Source of the DNA: Clostridia bacterium
GTDB taxonomy: Bacteria > Bacillota > Sulfobacillia > SLMV01
NCBI GenBank assembly: GCA_003552525.1
Contig: PUNF01000098.1
Coordinates: 1-48,298, forward strand
Direction of reading: 5' to 3'
Length of the DNA stretch: 48,298 nt
The position numbers and the translations under genes are program-made. The notes below the pieces were generated by a model. The model was given only the letters and a program-made list of their open reading frames with translations, was not told where the DNA came from and ran no database searches. Positions 17,995 to 28,562 of the stretch are shown piece after piece. Each line of letters opens with the position of its first letter. Within the stretch, counting starts at the first letter, position 1.

Positions 17995-18951
17995 GTGCGG
18001 TTGATAGATTGGGGAGACGGCTGGCACGTTAGCGAACTTTGCTTCGGAGTTTTACCCATGGGACCTCTACAGAAGGATCTTGACCCGAAACGGGGCGCAG
18101 AAGTCCTCCTGGAAGCCTTCCGCCGTGGTGTGAACTTTATTGATACCGCACAGTCGTACAAGACCTACCCACACATTCGCAAAGCGCTTGATCGCTGGGA
18201 TGAGGATGAACCCATTTACATTGCCAGCAAGTCCAATGCGCAAACGCGGGAGGACATGCGATTGGCAGTCGATGAAGCCTTGGATCAGCTGGGGCGGGAT
18301 CACATTGACATCATGCACCTGCACGCTGCGAGAGTTGACGTGGACGTGTTTGACGTCCGCAAAGGAGCCCTGGATTATCTTCGGGAGTGCCGTGATCGCG
18401 GTATCGTAAAGCGCATTGGTATTTCCACGCATTCTGCACCGGTTGTTGCACGAGCGGCGGAAGAGACCGACATCGATGTCGTGTATCCGATCATTAATCG
18501 CGGGGGCCTGGGCATTCTCTCTGGTGATCGCTCGGATATGGAACAAGCCATCGCAAAGTGCCGCCGGGCGGGCAAGAAACTGTACGCAATGAAGGTATAC
18601 GGGGGAGGGAGTTTCCTCGGTGATCGCCGCGGTGCGCTCGAGTACGCGCGATCCGTGGAGGGCATCGACGTGGTATCCATCGGGATGGTTCACGAAGACG
18701 AAGTGGCCGTGAACGTCGACCTCTTCAACGGAGAAGAAGTGGACGAAGCGTTGTGGGATGCTACCGCCGGAGGCGAGCGCAAGAAGCTGCATATTCTTTG
18801 GCTTTGCACCTCCTGCGGCACCTGCCTCGAACACTGTCCGAACGAAGCACTGTCGCTGGGAGATGATCGGTGCGTGGTTGACCGCGAGCGGTGTATCCTA
18901 TGCGGTTACTGTGCACCGCATTGCCCGGAGTTCGCCATCCGGATGGTTTGA
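17995..18951 (+). CDS. Aldo/keto reductase with C-terminal 2x[4Fe-4S] domain
   Basis: VSELCFG, GVNFIDTAQSY, IASK, DIMHLH, IGISTH; CTSCGTCLEHCP and CILCGYCAPHCP. Confidence 0.9.
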   Translation: MRLIDWGDGWHVSELCFGVLPMGPLQKDLDPKRGAEVLLEAFRRGVNFIDTAQSYKTYPHIRKALDRWDEDEPIYIASKSNAQTREDMRLAVDEALDQLGRDHIDIMHLHAARVDVDVFDVRKGALDYLRECRDRGIVKRIGISTHSAPVVARAAEETDIDVVYPIINRGGLGILSGDRSDMEQAIAKCRRAGKKLYAMKVYGGGSFLGDRRGALEYARSVEGIDVVSIGMVHEDEVAVNVDLFNGEEVDEALWDATAGGERKKLHILWLCTSCGTCLEHCPNEALSLGDDRCVVDRERCILCGYCAPHCPEFAIRMV

Positions 18952-18966
18952 GTCTCTTAGAGGGGG

Positions 18967-20094
18967 ATGTCTTTGACGGCAAAACTCGGCTTAATCGTGA
19001 ATCCCATCGCTGGCATGGGAGGCCGTGTAGGTCTTAAGGGAACAGATGGAGATGCATTGGACCGAGCGAGGGCGTTAGGGGCAAAGCCCGAAGCACCGCG
19101 ACGTGCAGGGCTCGCCCTCGAGACGGTCCGACGCAAGGGTGCGGACGATATAGAGATCCTAACGGCCGCGGGAGAAATGGGGGAAGACTCCGCGCGCGAT
19201 GCGGGTCTAGCTGTCACCATAGTTGCCGAGCCCCAGGGCAACGAGACCTCGGCCGATGACACGCGGGCGGTGGGTCGGGAACTCAAGACACATGGTGTGG
19301 ATCTTGTGGTGTTCGTCGGGGGTGACGGTACGGCGCGAGATATTATGGACTCCATCGGTACCTGCACACCCGTGATCGGGATTCCGGCCGGGGTGAAGAT
19401 GCACTCTGCCGTGTTCGCAACGGATCCGCGAAGCGGTGGGGAACTGATCAGCCGCTTCTTGCGGGGAGACATAGAGCGCACGCGCGAGGCCGAGGTGATG
19501 GATATCGATGAGGAAGCGTTTCGCGAGGGTCGACTTTCCGCCAGGCTTTACGGCCATGTTATGACACCCTATGATCCGGCCCTGATCCAGGATTTGAAAA
19601 TGGGCAGTGCAGCCGATGAAGATGCGCTCATGGATGCAATCGCGCAACGCGTGGTGGATGCAATGGATCCCGAAACACTTTATATCATCGGACCGGGGAC
19701 CACCACGAGGAGAATACTCGAGCGCATGGATCTGCCCGCAACGCTTCTTGGTGTTGACCTCGTTAAGGCGAACAAGGTTCTCGCGAGCGATGCAAATGAG
19801 CGGGAAATCTTAGACTGCCTGGATGAATCGCCTTCGGCACGCATCATCGTAACGCCTATCGGGGGACAGGGATACCTGTTCGGGCGAGGCAATCAGCAGA
19901 TTTCCGCGCGCGTTATCGAACGTGTTGGCGGAAAGGAAGCGATCACCATCGTCGCCGCCAAAAGCAAGTTGCTCGCGCTTGGGCGCCGGCCACTGCTGGT
20001 CGACACCGGCGACCCAGGAGTAGATGAGAGCCTTCGGGGATATGTGCCGGTGATCGTAGATTACCGCGAGGACTCGGTACGCAAGATAAGGTGA
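18967..20094 (+). CDS. ATP-NAD kinase-like family protein (AcoX-like)
   Basis: GLIVNPIAGMGG.VGLKGTDG, GGDGTARD, GIPAGVKMHSAVFA, GGQGYLFGRGNQQ. Confidence 0.85.
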   Translation: MSLTAKLGLIVNPIAGMGGRVGLKGTDGDALDRARALGAKPEAPRRAGLALETVRRKGADDIEILTAAGEMGEDSARDAGLAVTIVAEPQGNETSADDTRAVGRELKTHGVDLVVFVGGDGTARDIMDSIGTCTPVIGIPAGVKMHSAVFATDPRSGGELISRFLRGDIERTREAEVMDIDEEAFREGRLSARLYGHVMTPYDPALIQDLKMGSAADEDALMDAIAQRVVDAMDPETLYIIGPGTTTRRILERMDLPATLLGVDLVKANKVLASDANEREILDCLDESPSARIIVTPIGGQGYLFGRGNQQISARVIERVGGKEAITIVAAKSKLLALGRRPLLVDTGDPGVDESLRGYVPVIVDYREDSVRKIR

Positions 20095-20141
20095 TCGTAA
20101 CTTGATGAATTGGCATGTCGTGGAGCGTAAGGGGGCTGACG

Positions 20142-20993
20142 ATGTACTCACTCGGCCAGGTGTTTGATGCCCATTCAGAAGATATGACCGATCCCTCCGG
20201 GAAGACAATCCGGGTGATAACGAGTGGCGCCGTTCGAGACGTTGCCCGAATCCTCGGCACATCGCCAAGGGAGGCCGAGATTTCTTCGTTGGAAGCGGGG
20301 ATTTGGCCCATGCGTTACGAGCGTAACCGAGGCACACTCGGTAGTGGAGGGCAGCTTCGGCTTCTTCGATCGCATGCGGCGGTGGTAGGCCTCGGGGGTC
20401 TAGGTGGGCTCGCGGCCGAATTGTTGGTGCGCGCGGGTATTGGAAAAATCACGGTATTCGATCCGGATTGCTACGACGAAACGAACCTGAACCGGCAATT
20501 GCATAGTCTCGCGGACAACCTCGGTGAGTCGAAGCGTGCGTCTACATCGGCGCGGTTGCGCGATATTGATCCACACGTTGATGTGCGCGAATACGGGGAG
20601 GTTGCGGGTCTGCAGGATGGCACCGATAAGATGGCGGGTGTGGATATCGTCTTGGATTGCCTCGACAGTGTATCCGATCGGTTACTCCTAGTCGAGATCT
20701 GCCGGTTCCTTCAGGTTCCCATGATCCACGGTGCGATCGCTGGCTACTCGGGGCAGATCGCGGTGGTGCATCCGGGAGATCGAATACTGGAGATACTGTA
20801 TGATTCCGGTGGTGATACCGAGCAGGGCATAGAAGTTTCGACGGGCAATCTCGGCCCCACGGCCGCCACGGTTGCTTCCATACAGGTTTCGGAGGCGATC
20901 AAGGTTCTGACGGGAACGGGTCATTTGGCCTCGGGTGGGGTTTTGCTGGTGGATTTGTACCGGGGACAGTTCGAAAAGGTGCCACTAGCATGA
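20142..20993 (+). CDS. HesA/MoeB/ThiF (E1-like adenylyltransferase) family protein
   Basis: RYERN, GLGGLGG, D.D..DETNLNRQ, DCLD; no C-terminal CxxC zinc pairs. Confidence 0.9.
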   Translation: MYSLGQVFDAHSEDMTDPSGKTIRVITSGAVRDVARILGTSPREAEISSLEAGIWPMRYERNRGTLGSGGQLRLLRSHAAVVGLGGLGGLAAELLVRAGIGKITVFDPDCYDETNLNRQLHSLADNLGESKRASTSARLRDIDPHVDVREYGEVAGLQDGTDKMAGVDIVLDCLDSVSDRLLLVEICRFLQVPMIHGAIAGYSGQIAVVHPGDRILEILYDSGGDTEQGIEVSTGNLGPTAATVASIQVSEAIKVLTGTGHLASGGVLLVDLYRGQFEKVPLA

Positions 20994-22141
20994 GATTTGG
21001 GTTATGCGTGGCGATAGCATTGGCGCTAGTACTCGTCTGGACCATGCCCGGTATCGGGCACGCCATGGAGCCGGCGGAGGAGCCCTCGGCTACGATCGAC
21101 ACGTATCGGGCGACGGTTCTCGAGGCGGAAGAGGTGGATCCCGACCCGGGCGCACACTTCGGCGGAATGGGTGCACAGCAGCGGGTCGTCGTCGAGGTGC
21201 ATTCGGGACCCTGGGAGGGGGAGCATACCCTGGCGAATTACCTGACGGGGAACCCGGCCTATGACATCATTGTCGCGCCAGGAGATCGTGTACTCGTGGG
21301 TGCTTCCGATCACGCCGGCGAGACCGAACTATTCATCACGGATTTTGTCCGTGATGTACCGATACTTTTTCTCCTTGGCGCGTTTGCCGCCGCCCTCGTG
21401 CTCGTTGGAGGGTTACAGGGCCTGAAAACGCTCCTGGTACTCGGGCTCACCGCGCTGGCTGTGTTTTACGGGCTGATTCCGGCGATACTGGCCGGTTGGC
21501 CCCCCGTTGTGATGACGGTTGTGGTCAGCGCCATCGTCGTCAGCGTCAGCCTATTAATCATCGTGGGCCGGGGAACCAAGACGGTGGCTGCCGTGATTGG
21601 AACGGTGGCGGGCGTGCTCTTCGCCGGGGTGCTTGCGGCCCTATTCGGGCGATGGGCACACCTGATGGGCTTACATACGCAGGAGTCTCAGATGCTGCTA
21701 TTCACGGTCGAGGGGAGCCTCGATTTCCGGGGTTTGCTATTCTCCGGGATGATCCTGGGAGCGTTGGGGGCCGTGATGGACGTATCCGTATCCATTGCAT
21801 CCGCGGTTGAAGAGGTGCATCGTGTCCGTGATGATACGAAGTTTGGAGCACTCGTTCGCTCCGGAATGAACGTGGGGCGGGATGTGCTTGGCACCATGTC
21901 TAACACGTTGATCCTCGCTTATGCGGGCAGCGCGTTGCCCCTGATCCTGCTGCTCGTGGCGCATCGGGCGGATTTTGTAGGCACCGTGAATATGGACGTG
22001 ATCGCGACGGAAATCATTAGGGCACTTACTGGAAGCATCGGGCTTATCCTGTGTGTGCCAGTCACAGCACTAACCGCGGGTTGGCTGAAGGTGCGCACTG
22101 CGTCGTTACCACGGCGTCGTGCGCCGCGGGCAAAGCGGTAG
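20990..22141 (+). CDS. YibE/F-family membrane protein
   Basis: GALGAVMDVSVSIAS, GMNVGRDVLGTMSNTLILAYAG, GSIGLIL; start overlaps the ThiF stop. Confidence 0.9.
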   Translation: MRFGLCVAIALALVLVWTMPGIGHAMEPAEEPSATIDTYRATVLEAEEVDPDPGAHFGGMGAQQRVVVEVHSGPWEGEHTLANYLTGNPAYDIIVAPGDRVLVGASDHAGETELFITDFVRDVPILFLLGAFAAALVLVGGLQGLKTLLVLGLTALAVFYGLIPAILAGWPPVVMTVVVSAIVVSVSLLIIVGRGTKTVAAVIGTVAGVLFAGVLAALFGRWAHLMGLHTQESQMLLFTVEGSLDFRGLLFSGMILGALGAVMDVSVSIASAVEEVHRVRDDTKFGALVRSGMNVGRDVLGTMSNTLILAYAGSALPLILLLVAHRADFVGTVNMDVIATEIIRALTGSIGLILCVPVTALTAGWLKVRTASLPRRRAPRAKR

Positions 22142-22166
22142 CGGCAGTATTGGGGGCGGGGTTGCG

Positions 22167-22412
22167 ATGTTCGTTCTTCGTCAGGTCGCGGGTTATTTTT
22201 CTTTAATTTTCCAGGTAGGGCTTTTGATTGTCGTGTCCATCTTCCTAGGCTTCCGGCTGGGGAATTGGTTGGACGGGATCCTGGGGACGGGAATGCTCCT
22301 CACGATAGCCGGACTTATCCTGGGTGTACTAGCGGGTTTCTGGGGGGCTTATCGGACAATCCTTCGGGTGATTGAGAACGCGGGGGAATCCGATCGTAAC
22401 GAGGGGACGTAG
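22167..22412 (+). CDS. AtpZ/AtpQ-like small ATP synthase accessory protein
   Basis: Two TM helices with G..LD...GT and GL.LG..AGF pattern, first gene of the atp cassette. Confidence 0.8.
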   Translation: MFVLRQVAGYFSLIFQVGLLIVVSIFLGFRLGNWLDGILGTGMLLTIAGLILGVLAGFWGAYRTILRVIENAGESDRNEGT

Positions 22413-22419
22413 TACAGGC

Positions 22420-22874
22420 ATGGACTCACTTGACCGTTTGCGCTATCGGGCAACCGCGGGAGATCTTGTCTTTCTCGTGGTTGGTCTCGTGGTATTCTTC
22501 CTTCTCGGTCTCGGTCATTTCTGGTATCCTTTTGTCTTGGGTGTGTTGCTGGGTATCTTGAATCTACATATTCACGCTTACTCTGTCCGCAAGGTTGCCG
22601 ATGCTGCAACCGGAGGACAGAGTGCGTCGGTGGGAATCCGTGCGGCGCTCTTATACATGTCAAGATTTCTCATACTGGTCGCCGTACTGTCGTACGAATA
22701 CTTGATACGAGGAACCGAACTATTGCCCGCCGTTTTCGGCTTGTTGGGAACCTATGCAGTACTGGTTGCTACCGGTATAATGGATGCGCGACGCCATCCG
22801 GGAAAGCGATCCGCTGTTGAAAAGCACCCCGAATCGTGCGTCGATGAGTGGGGGAACGGGTTGGAGGATAGGTA

Positions 22875-22875
<1 letters not shown>
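22420..22875 (+). CDS. atpI: ATP synthase protein I
   Basis: Four-TM protein with G.LN and Y..RF motifs directly upstream of atpB, with overlapping stop and start. Confidence 0.75.
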
Positions 22876-23812
<937 letters not shown>

Positions 23813-23859
23813 TCTTCCCAGAGGGGAGTATACGGGCAACGAAGGGATGAAGATGAGCC

Positions 23860-24348
23860 TTGGTAGATATAACATGGACGCTCGTCATCCAGATAATCAG
23901 TTTCCTGCTCTTCTTCCTCGCATTTCGCCGGATCTTTATCACGCCGGTGATGCGAACCATGGAGCGCCGTGAGGAGAACATAACCGCACTTCTCGAGGCG
24001 GCGGAGGAGCGTCGCGAGGAGTCGGTGGAACTGCAGGAGAGAATTTCTGACCGACTCCGCGAAGCCAAGAGCGAGGCATCTCGCGTCGTGGAAGAAGCGG
24101 AAGAGGAAGCCCGCCGACGCTATGAAGCGATCGTGTCGGAGGCCCGTGAAGAAGGGGATCGTGTGCTTGCCGAGGCCAGGTCTACCATCGAAGAGGAGCG
24201 TACACGCGCCCTCGAATCCTTTCACAGGGATGCCGTAGATCTGGCACAGATTATTTCCGAGAAGGTCCTCACTCGGCAACTCGATGAGAAAGAGCGTCAT
24301 GTGCTGGAAGAGCAACTGGAGCGCCGCCTCGAGCAAAGTCGTCGCTAG
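23860..24348 (+). CDS. atpF: Fo ATP synthase subunit b
   Basis: TLVIQIISF TM anchor, P+...+..R...I motif and long E/R-rich coiled coil; 162 aa, no delta fusion. Confidence 0.92.
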   Translation: MVDITWTLVIQIISFLLFFLAFRRIFITPVMRTMERREENITALLEAAEERREESVELQERISDRLREAKSEASRVVEEAEEEARRRYEAIVSEAREEGDRVLAEARSTIEEERTRALESFHRDAVDLAQIISEKVLTRQLDEKERHVLEEQLERRLEQSRR

Positions 24349-24366
24349 GAGCGGCCATCTCTTTCC

Positions 24367-24398
24367 CACCGGGCCCCCGTTCGAGCGGGGGCCCGGTG
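24367..24398 (+). terminator. Strong GC hairpin closing the atp Fo cassette
   Basis: CACCGGGCCCCCG / CGGGGGCCCGGTG perfect 13-bp stem 18 nt after the atpF stop; only a short CTT tail. Confidence 0.65.
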
Positions 24399-24419
24399 CT
24401 TAGCCTCTTGGAGGTTGCC

Positions 24420-25361
24420 TTGAGCAACGGTCTCGGATGGCACAAACCGCCTGGCCTACCAAGCCATGGAACGATCGGCATTGTGGCACCGGCGGGCCCG
24501 GTGGATGCTGATTTGTTGCGTGTCGGTGAATCTGCCCTGGCCGAGATGGGCTTTCGAACGGTTCGATCTCCCCATCTATTCGCGAGGGAACACTATCTCG
24601 CCGGTCCAGACGCAATTCGCGCGATGGATATGGCGCAAATGTTCCTCGATCCCGAGATCGATGCGATCGTCGTTGCCCGAGGTGGCTTTGGCTGCTCGCG
24701 CATCCTGCCGCACCTGGAAGAACTACTCCCCTCGGTGGTACCGAAGATCCTCGTGGGGTTTAGCGATGTCACCGCCCTCCACCTTTGGCTTTTGCGCCAT
24801 GGTATCATTACTTTCCACGGTCCGGTCGCCGCTGGCCGGTATCCCTGGACACCGCAGACAAAAGATGCGTTTCTACGTGCAGTGCAAGATCCTGGCGCTT
24901 TGGGCCGTGTGCCTCATCCGCGACAGGCCCCTCCAAGGATATCCCTTCACGATGGGTGTGCCCGCGCACGCATCGTGGGTGGCAATCTCAGCCTGCTGTG
25001 CGCATCATTGGGGACCCCATACGAAGTCGTACTCGATGATCACATCCTGTTTCTCGAGGATGTAGGTGAACCGATGTATCGGATCGATCGCATGATGACC
25101 CAGCTGCTGCAGACGGGTAAGCTGGATAGGATCCGTGGGATGGTCTTGGGAGAGTTCCTGGATTGCCCGGAGTATGCCGGTCGAGATGCGGTGGCAGTCA
25201 TTGGAACCTTTGCCCGGGAGCTCGACGTTCCTTGCTTTGCCGGAGTGGCGGCGGGTCACGGGATGCATCGGATAACCTTGCCACTCGGCGTGGAAGTCGA
25301 GATGCGTGGCGAAGAGTGTGAGCTGGAGATCTTGGAGAGTGCCGTAAACGCTGCGCAGTGA
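24420..25361 (+). CDS. S66 family peptidase (LD-carboxypeptidase/MccF-like)
   Basis: IGIVAPAG, ARGGFG, GFSD (Ser), GGNLS, LEDVGE (Glu), GH (His); TTG start after GGAGG. Confidence 0.92.
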   Translation: MSNGLGWHKPPGLPSHGTIGIVAPAGPVDADLLRVGESALAEMGFRTVRSPHLFAREHYLAGPDAIRAMDMAQMFLDPEIDAIVVARGGFGCSRILPHLEELLPSVVPKILVGFSDVTALHLWLLRHGIITFHGPVAAGRYPWTPQTKDAFLRAVQDPGALGRVPHPRQAPPRISLHDGCARARIVGGNLSLLCASLGTPYEVVLDDHILFLEDVGEPMYRIDRMMTQLLQTGKLDRIRGMVLGEFLDCPEYAGRDAVAVIGTFARELDVPCFAGVAAGHGMHRITLPLGVEVEMRGEECELEILESAVNAAQ

Positions 25362-26722
25362 TCGAGATTGGTGGAAAACGTTTGACTTGGAGGTACGAGA
25401 AATTGTTCAGGGATCGAAGAAAGTGGCTGCGGGACACGCGGGTGACGAAGGATCCCCGGCGTGTTCCTGTAGCCACTGCGGAAGAGAACGCACGGATACC
25501 CGGCCTTGTCATTCGGAACGGACGCATATTTGACGGGTGTGGCACCGAACCATTTTCCGCCGATGTGTACATCGAGGGAGACCGAATACGCGCCGTCGAC
25601 AAGCGAGTGCCTTTGGACCAACAAGTGCAACAGATCGACGCATCGGGAATGACGGTCATGCCGGGCCTGGTCGATCTTCATACCCACCTGAGTTACCACG
25701 AGCCGGACATCCCTGCGGCAACGGCGCAGAGCGTGGCCGACGGTACCCTGCGTGCACTCGAAAGGATGCGCTTCTACGTTGAAAGTGGCATCACGAGTGT
25801 GCGGGATGCCGGCTCCCATGCCGATATACCGTTTAGGCTGAAGGAATGGGAGCGAAGCGGACGTATCAATGGCCCGAGGGTGTTTGCTGCTGGCCCCCTG
25901 ATTACCGGCACGGGCGGGCACGGAGCAGAAAGGCTGGATGTGACGTCGCCCGCACTTGGTAAGGTGCGGGAGGCCAGTGGGCCAACCGATTGGCGCGAAG
26001 CGGTGCGCGGGGCTTTTAAGGCCGGTGCCGATGTGATCAAAGTGGCCAGCCACTTTTCGGCCCCTGAGGTCCAGGCCGCCGTAGATGAGGCACATGCCCT
26101 GGGATTGCGCGTGATGTGTGATGCGGAGACCCACTATATCGAATGGGCGATAGAGGCCGGCGTAGACACCATCGAGCACCCGCTGCCGCGGACCGATGAC
26201 GCGATCGCGATGATGGCGAAAGCGGGTGTCTTCGCCGTTCCGACGCTGATTCCGTACGTCATCATATTTGATGAGCGAGGGGGATACTTCGATTCTACCT
26301 CCCGCCGATTCGCCTTTTCGAAGGAAGATAATCTCGAGGTTGTGGCCAGGATGCATCGGTCCGGCGTCAGGTTCGGGATAGGAACGGACCTGGTCATGGA
26401 TTGGTTCCGCTATTTGCCCCATGCTTACATAACGGAACTGGAACTGATGATGGAAGCGGGACTCGACAGGGAAGAGGTACTGGAGGCGGCGACCCTCGGT
26501 GGGGCCACGGCATTGGACATGCAAGACCAGCTCGGAAGCATTGAATGTGGAAAGCTCGCCGATATCATCCTGGTCGAAGGGGAGCCCGACAGGAATCTGC
26601 GCGACTTGGCCCAATTGCACACGGTTATCCGGGATGGACGTATTGAAGTGTATGAAGGGCAGTCTCTCGTTCCCCGCTGCCGAGCAAAGGCTTTTCCGGG
26701 GGTCACGCCCGAGGACATATAA
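25358..26722 (+). CDS. Amidohydrolase superfamily protein (prolidase-like clade)
   Basis: PGLVDLHTH, GITSVRDAG, GADVIK, TIEH, GTD, G.I..GKLADI; GTGA overlap with the S66 gene. Confidence 0.9.
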   Translation: MIEIGGKRLTWRYEKLFRDRRKWLRDTRVTKDPRRVPVATAEENARIPGLVIRNGRIFDGCGTEPFSADVYIEGDRIRAVDKRVPLDQQVQQIDASGMTVMPGLVDLHTHLSYHEPDIPAATAQSVADGTLRALERMRFYVESGITSVRDAGSHADIPFRLKEWERSGRINGPRVFAAGPLITGTGGHGAERLDVTSPALGKVREASGPTDWREAVRGAFKAGADVIKVASHFSAPEVQAAVDEAHALGLRVMCDAETHYIEWAIEAGVDTIEHPLPRTDDAIAMMAKAGVFAVPTLIPYVIIFDERGGYFDSTSRRFAFSKEDNLEVVARMHRSGVRFGIGTDLVMDWFRYLPHAYITELELMMEAGLDREEVLEAATLGGATALDMQDQLGSIECGKLADIILVEGEPDRNLRDLAQLHTVIRDGRIEVYEGQSLVPRCRAKAFPGVTPEDI

Positions 26723-26813
26723 ATACCCGCGCGTATGTCGAGTGACAGCCCACCCAGGGTGTTGAAGTCGAGTCGATTAGAATCAACGGTGACGGTGTTT
26801 CGCAAAGGGGGTG

Positions 26814-28232
26814 ATGACAGTGTCATACGACCTTATCCTCCGCAGTGGATACGTGGTGGACCCGGCAAACGAGATGCTGGGATTTGCCGATATCGGGGTT
26901 CGTGCGGGCAAGGTTGCACGCGTGGAATCCAATGGCCTATCGGCACGGGGAACCGAGGAGATCGATGCCAGCGGGTTGATGGTGATACCGGGCATGATCG
27001 ACGGACACGTGCACCTTGCGGATCAGCGTCGCGGCGGAATCGGACACAGGAGGCTCGCTTTGGCCGGCGTTACCAGTGCGGTGGAGTTCGCCGACTTCTC
27101 TTCCGTGGTTCGCCGTCTTCCCGAAGAAGGGGCTGGCCTGAACCTCGCCGGGCTCAACGTGATCGGTCCGTACCTGGATTCGTGTCCCGATGAGGCGCAT
27201 ATTCGTCGCGAGACCCGTGCAGCGCTTCGGGCGGGTGCCCTCGGGACCAAGATCTTTGGAGGGCACTTCCCCTCCTCCCTCGCCGCTACAGAGGCTATGA
27301 TCCGGATTGCGAACGAAGAAGAATGCTACGTCGCATATCACGTGGGTACCACTGCATCTGCTAGCAATATACTCGGTATGCGAGAGCTTCCGGAATTGGT
27401 GGGTAAGCATCGCCTACACCTCGCACATGTGAATGCATATCTTCGCGGGATGACCGAGGGTATGTACGCAGAACTCGCGGAGGGTTTTGGGTTGCTTCGC
27501 TGCCTACCGCAACTGGTTTCTGAGTCACACCTTGCGCCGGACAACGGTACTTCGGGGGCAGTTGAGGCGGGCGTTCCCTCGGACGCGGTTACCCGTAACT
27601 GTTTGCGGATGGGCGGTTATCCCGCAACACGGACGGGGTTGGAAGCAGCGCTCAGGGAAGGATATGCGCGCGTGAACGTGCGATCGGGTGATCGGATGGA
27701 GTTCCTGGAAGGTCAAGCGGGGTTTGCGTACTGGTCCAGTGTAGACGGCAATTGCGGCCTTTCTTTCCCGGTAAACCGGAGGGTGGTTGCCCTCGCCTGC
27801 GCCGTCGAAAGGCGTGAAGGTGGGGAATCAGGGGAAGGGGAATTCCTGATCGATGCCCTGGCCAGTGATGGTGGTGCCTGGCGCAATGTCTTGTTGTCGC
27901 GGGGCCTTCCGTTGGTAGAATTCGGCGCGCTGTCCCTCGGCGACCTAGTGACAAAACTCTCCGTAAACCCTGCCCGCATGTTCGGTTTTCGTCACAAGGG
28001 GCACCTCGGTGAAGGGGCGGATGCCGATATTACCGTGATAGACAAACAGAAGCGCCAGGCGGTGTTCACGGTTGTCGGCGGGAGAATCATCGCCCGCGAG
28101 GGCCGTGTGGTGGGGTCGGGCGCCCAGCTATACACCCAGGATGAAGGCATAGACACCCTGCGCGAAACGGGTTATCCCGTAGATACGGTGGATTTGCAGG
28201 ATAGCCTCTTCTATCGCAAGGCATCCGCATGA
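26814..28232 (+). CDS. Amidohydrolase superfamily protein (dihydroorotase-like)
   Basis: YDLILRSG.VVDP, PGMIDGHVH, YH, AHVN, ASDGG, NPARMFG..KGHLG.GADADITV; start between 26811 and 26820. Confidence 0.88.
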   Translation: MTVSYDLILRSGYVVDPANEMLGFADIGVRAGKVARVESNGLSARGTEEIDASGLMVIPGMIDGHVHLADQRRGGIGHRRLALAGVTSAVEFADFSSVVRRLPEEGAGLNLAGLNVIGPYLDSCPDEAHIRRETRAALRAGALGTKIFGGHFPSSLAATEAMIRIANEEECYVAYHVGTTASASNILGMRELPELVGKHRLHLAHVNAYLRGMTEGMYAELAEGFGLLRCLPQLVSESHLAPDNGTSGAVEAGVPSDAVTRNCLRMGGYPATRTGLEAALREGYARVNVRSGDRMEFLEGQAGFAYWSSVDGNCGLSFPVNRRVVALACAVERREGGESGEGEFLIDALASDGGAWRNVLLSRGLPLVEFGALSLGDLVTKLSVNPARMFGFRHKGHLGEGADADITVIDKQKRQAVFTVVGGRIIAREGRVVGSGAQLYTQDEGIDTLRETGYPVDTVDLQDSLFYRKASA

Positions 28233-28562
28233 TGGGCGCCCTGGTTTGTCTGCCCGCATGGACGTGCCACTCGAGCGGTGTGTCGCGATGGCGAGCATGA
28301 AGCGCAGGACGTTCAATTACGTCGGCAATGCAGTGGCCGTTTTGCGCGACATAGGCCGGGGGCCCCGTGAATGCGATGACAAAGCGCAAGCCGCATTGTG
28401 TCGTCAGCCGTACCGCGACGAGTTTGCAGGTCGCCCGGGACATCGCCATCATGGCGGGTACGGGCAATCACATGGCCCAGCGAGGTCTCGCTATCCGCTG
28501 TCGTAAGATCGGATCGGCGATACCCGCGATAGCAGTATATTTGTGGTTGGAGGGACGAAATC

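Noticed and set aside
25256-26620. 454-aa antisense ORF
   Set aside because: Shadow of the amidohydrolase gene, expected from GC-rich codon usage; no recognisable motifs.
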